Below the pieces are notes generated by a model. That model did not search any database and was not told the DNA's origin. It worked only from the letters and a program-made list of their open reading frames with translations. A program made the position numbers and the translations under genes. From positions 64,001 to 128,000 of IMG/VR virus record IMGVR_UViG_3300011242_000002: 64,000 bases of DNA. The stretch is one strand, 5' to 3'. Position 1 is the stretch's first letter, and the number at the start of each line of letters is the position of its first letter. Origin of the DNA: a virus. Its lineage: Duplodnaviria; Caudoviricetes. Of the stretch, positions 63,078 through 64,000 are shown one piece after another.

Positions 63078-64000
63078 ATGATTTTGTATAATAGCTTCTT
63101 TCGTAAGATCTGCGTGCGAAAGAAAGAGCATATCTTCAGCCCGCGCTTTCTGGCCCTCAGCGACTTTGAGCTCCCGCGAGGCGCCCTGTTCCACTACGTG
63201 CCGCAGGACCTGACCGAATACGGCATCGAGCAGCACGACCTGCTGATCAACAAGTACAGCGACGACATCTATATTGACCACGTGCGTCAGATCAAAACGC
63301 CGCTCGGTAACCCGATGGTCAAGACGCTGTCGCTGAACAACATGATCAAACAGTACCACAACAAGCACAAACGCTTTAAGCTGGTGCGTAATATTGCCTC
63401 GGTCATGGCCAACCAGCGCTACTGCATCGTTGAGAACTACGCGATGGCACAGCATCAGCTGAACTACCGCCCGGCAATGTTCGTCAACTACTTCCGCTGG
63501 TACAACATGCAGTACACGGTCATGGAGAAGATGACCGAGCTGCAGCGTGACAGCGAGCGTAACCAGTTCATCTATTTACAGATGCCGGCGTCACTACCAC
63601 AGCTGTCTCAACTGCGCGTCTATGACGAGCGCATGTCAAAGGGCCTGGATAAGGTTCCCGGCACCGGTAACGAAGTGTTCAGTGACGTGAACTTTGCCTC
63701 CGGTTTGGAATCCATGGACGACTATGATCAGGCGCTGGTGCTGAACGTGGCGCTGGAAGCGCTGGAAGACCTGCGTGACTATCACGCCCTGGCCGAGGGT
63801 GAGCGGCTTGACAAAGCCTTTACCCATCAGTTGGATCAGCTGATGCGTTTGGCGACCGGGAACGAAGTCTGCCTGGTGCCGGAAGACCTGCCGGGATTTC
63901 GTCCGTACATGAGCGACCTTAACGCGGGTATCGAAGCCCTGGGTGCCTTCCAGTCGAAGATCATGCGCTTTAAGCCCGAACTGCAGATGTCGGTGATGAA
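63078..64000 (+). CDS. Large virion RNA polymerase beta-like subunit (phiKZ gp178-type), truncated by the window edge (not in ORF track)
   Basis: Frame read by eye is open from ATG 63078 to the end: MILYNSFFRKICVRKKEHIFSPRF...LPRGALFHY; assignment rests on position after the beta' gene and the N-terminal pattern. Confidence 0.65.
   Translation, partial: MILYNSFFRKICVRKKEHIFSPRFLALSDFELPRGALFHYVPQDLTEYGIEQHDLLINKYSDDIYIDHVRQIKTPLGNPMVKTLSLNNMIKQYHNKHKRFKLVRNIASVMANQRYCIVENYAMAQHQLNYRPAMFVNYFRWYNMQYTVMEKMTELQRDSERNQFIYLQMPASLPQLSQLRVYDERMSKGLDKVPGTGNEVFSDVNFASGLESMDDYDQALVLNVALEALEDLRDYHALAEGERLDKAFTHQLDQLMRLATGNEVCLVPEDLPGFRPYMSDLNAGIEALGAFQSKIMRFKPELQMSVM

Overview
A 64-kb segment of a large dsDNA phage of the phiKZ-like jumbo-phage type (Chimalliviridae-like). 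This is inferred from the split virion RNA polymerase subunits (a C-terminal beta fragment, a DFDGD-bearing beta' fragment and a large beta-like ORF truncated at the right edge), a 2225-aa tail protein with a muralytic domain, a UvsX/RecA-like protein, an extended RNase H, an SF2 helicase and TATATTAC-type promoters. A captured ygiB-like lipoprotein gene suggests an enterobacterial host. The left ~39 kb is mostly accessory or early genes: many small membrane proteins, thymidine kinase, a DHFR fusion, a MazG-like fusion, an HslU-like ATPase and a minus-strand block of paralogous structural genes. The right ~25 kb is mostly core genes. The main leads are: (1) a single ORF fusing a DarG-like macrodomain, a NADAR-like domain and a SLOG domain, preceded by a second SLOG-like gene, which is a candidate broad anti-ADP-ribosylation (anti-DarTG1/DarTG2) module; (2) a small protein ending in a near copy of the redox-active C-terminal tail of class Ia ribonucleotide reductase alpha; (3) a MazG-like enzyme fused to an apparently inactive copy of the prohead protease; (4) a family of intergenic hairpins with conserved GCATAA...TTATGC(CG) feet; (5) a duplicated promoter driving small membrane proteins missed by the ORF track, one with three nested in-frame starts. 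All family assignments come from motif recognition by eye and were not checked by database search. No tRNA, rRNA, CRISPR array or mobile element was recognised.
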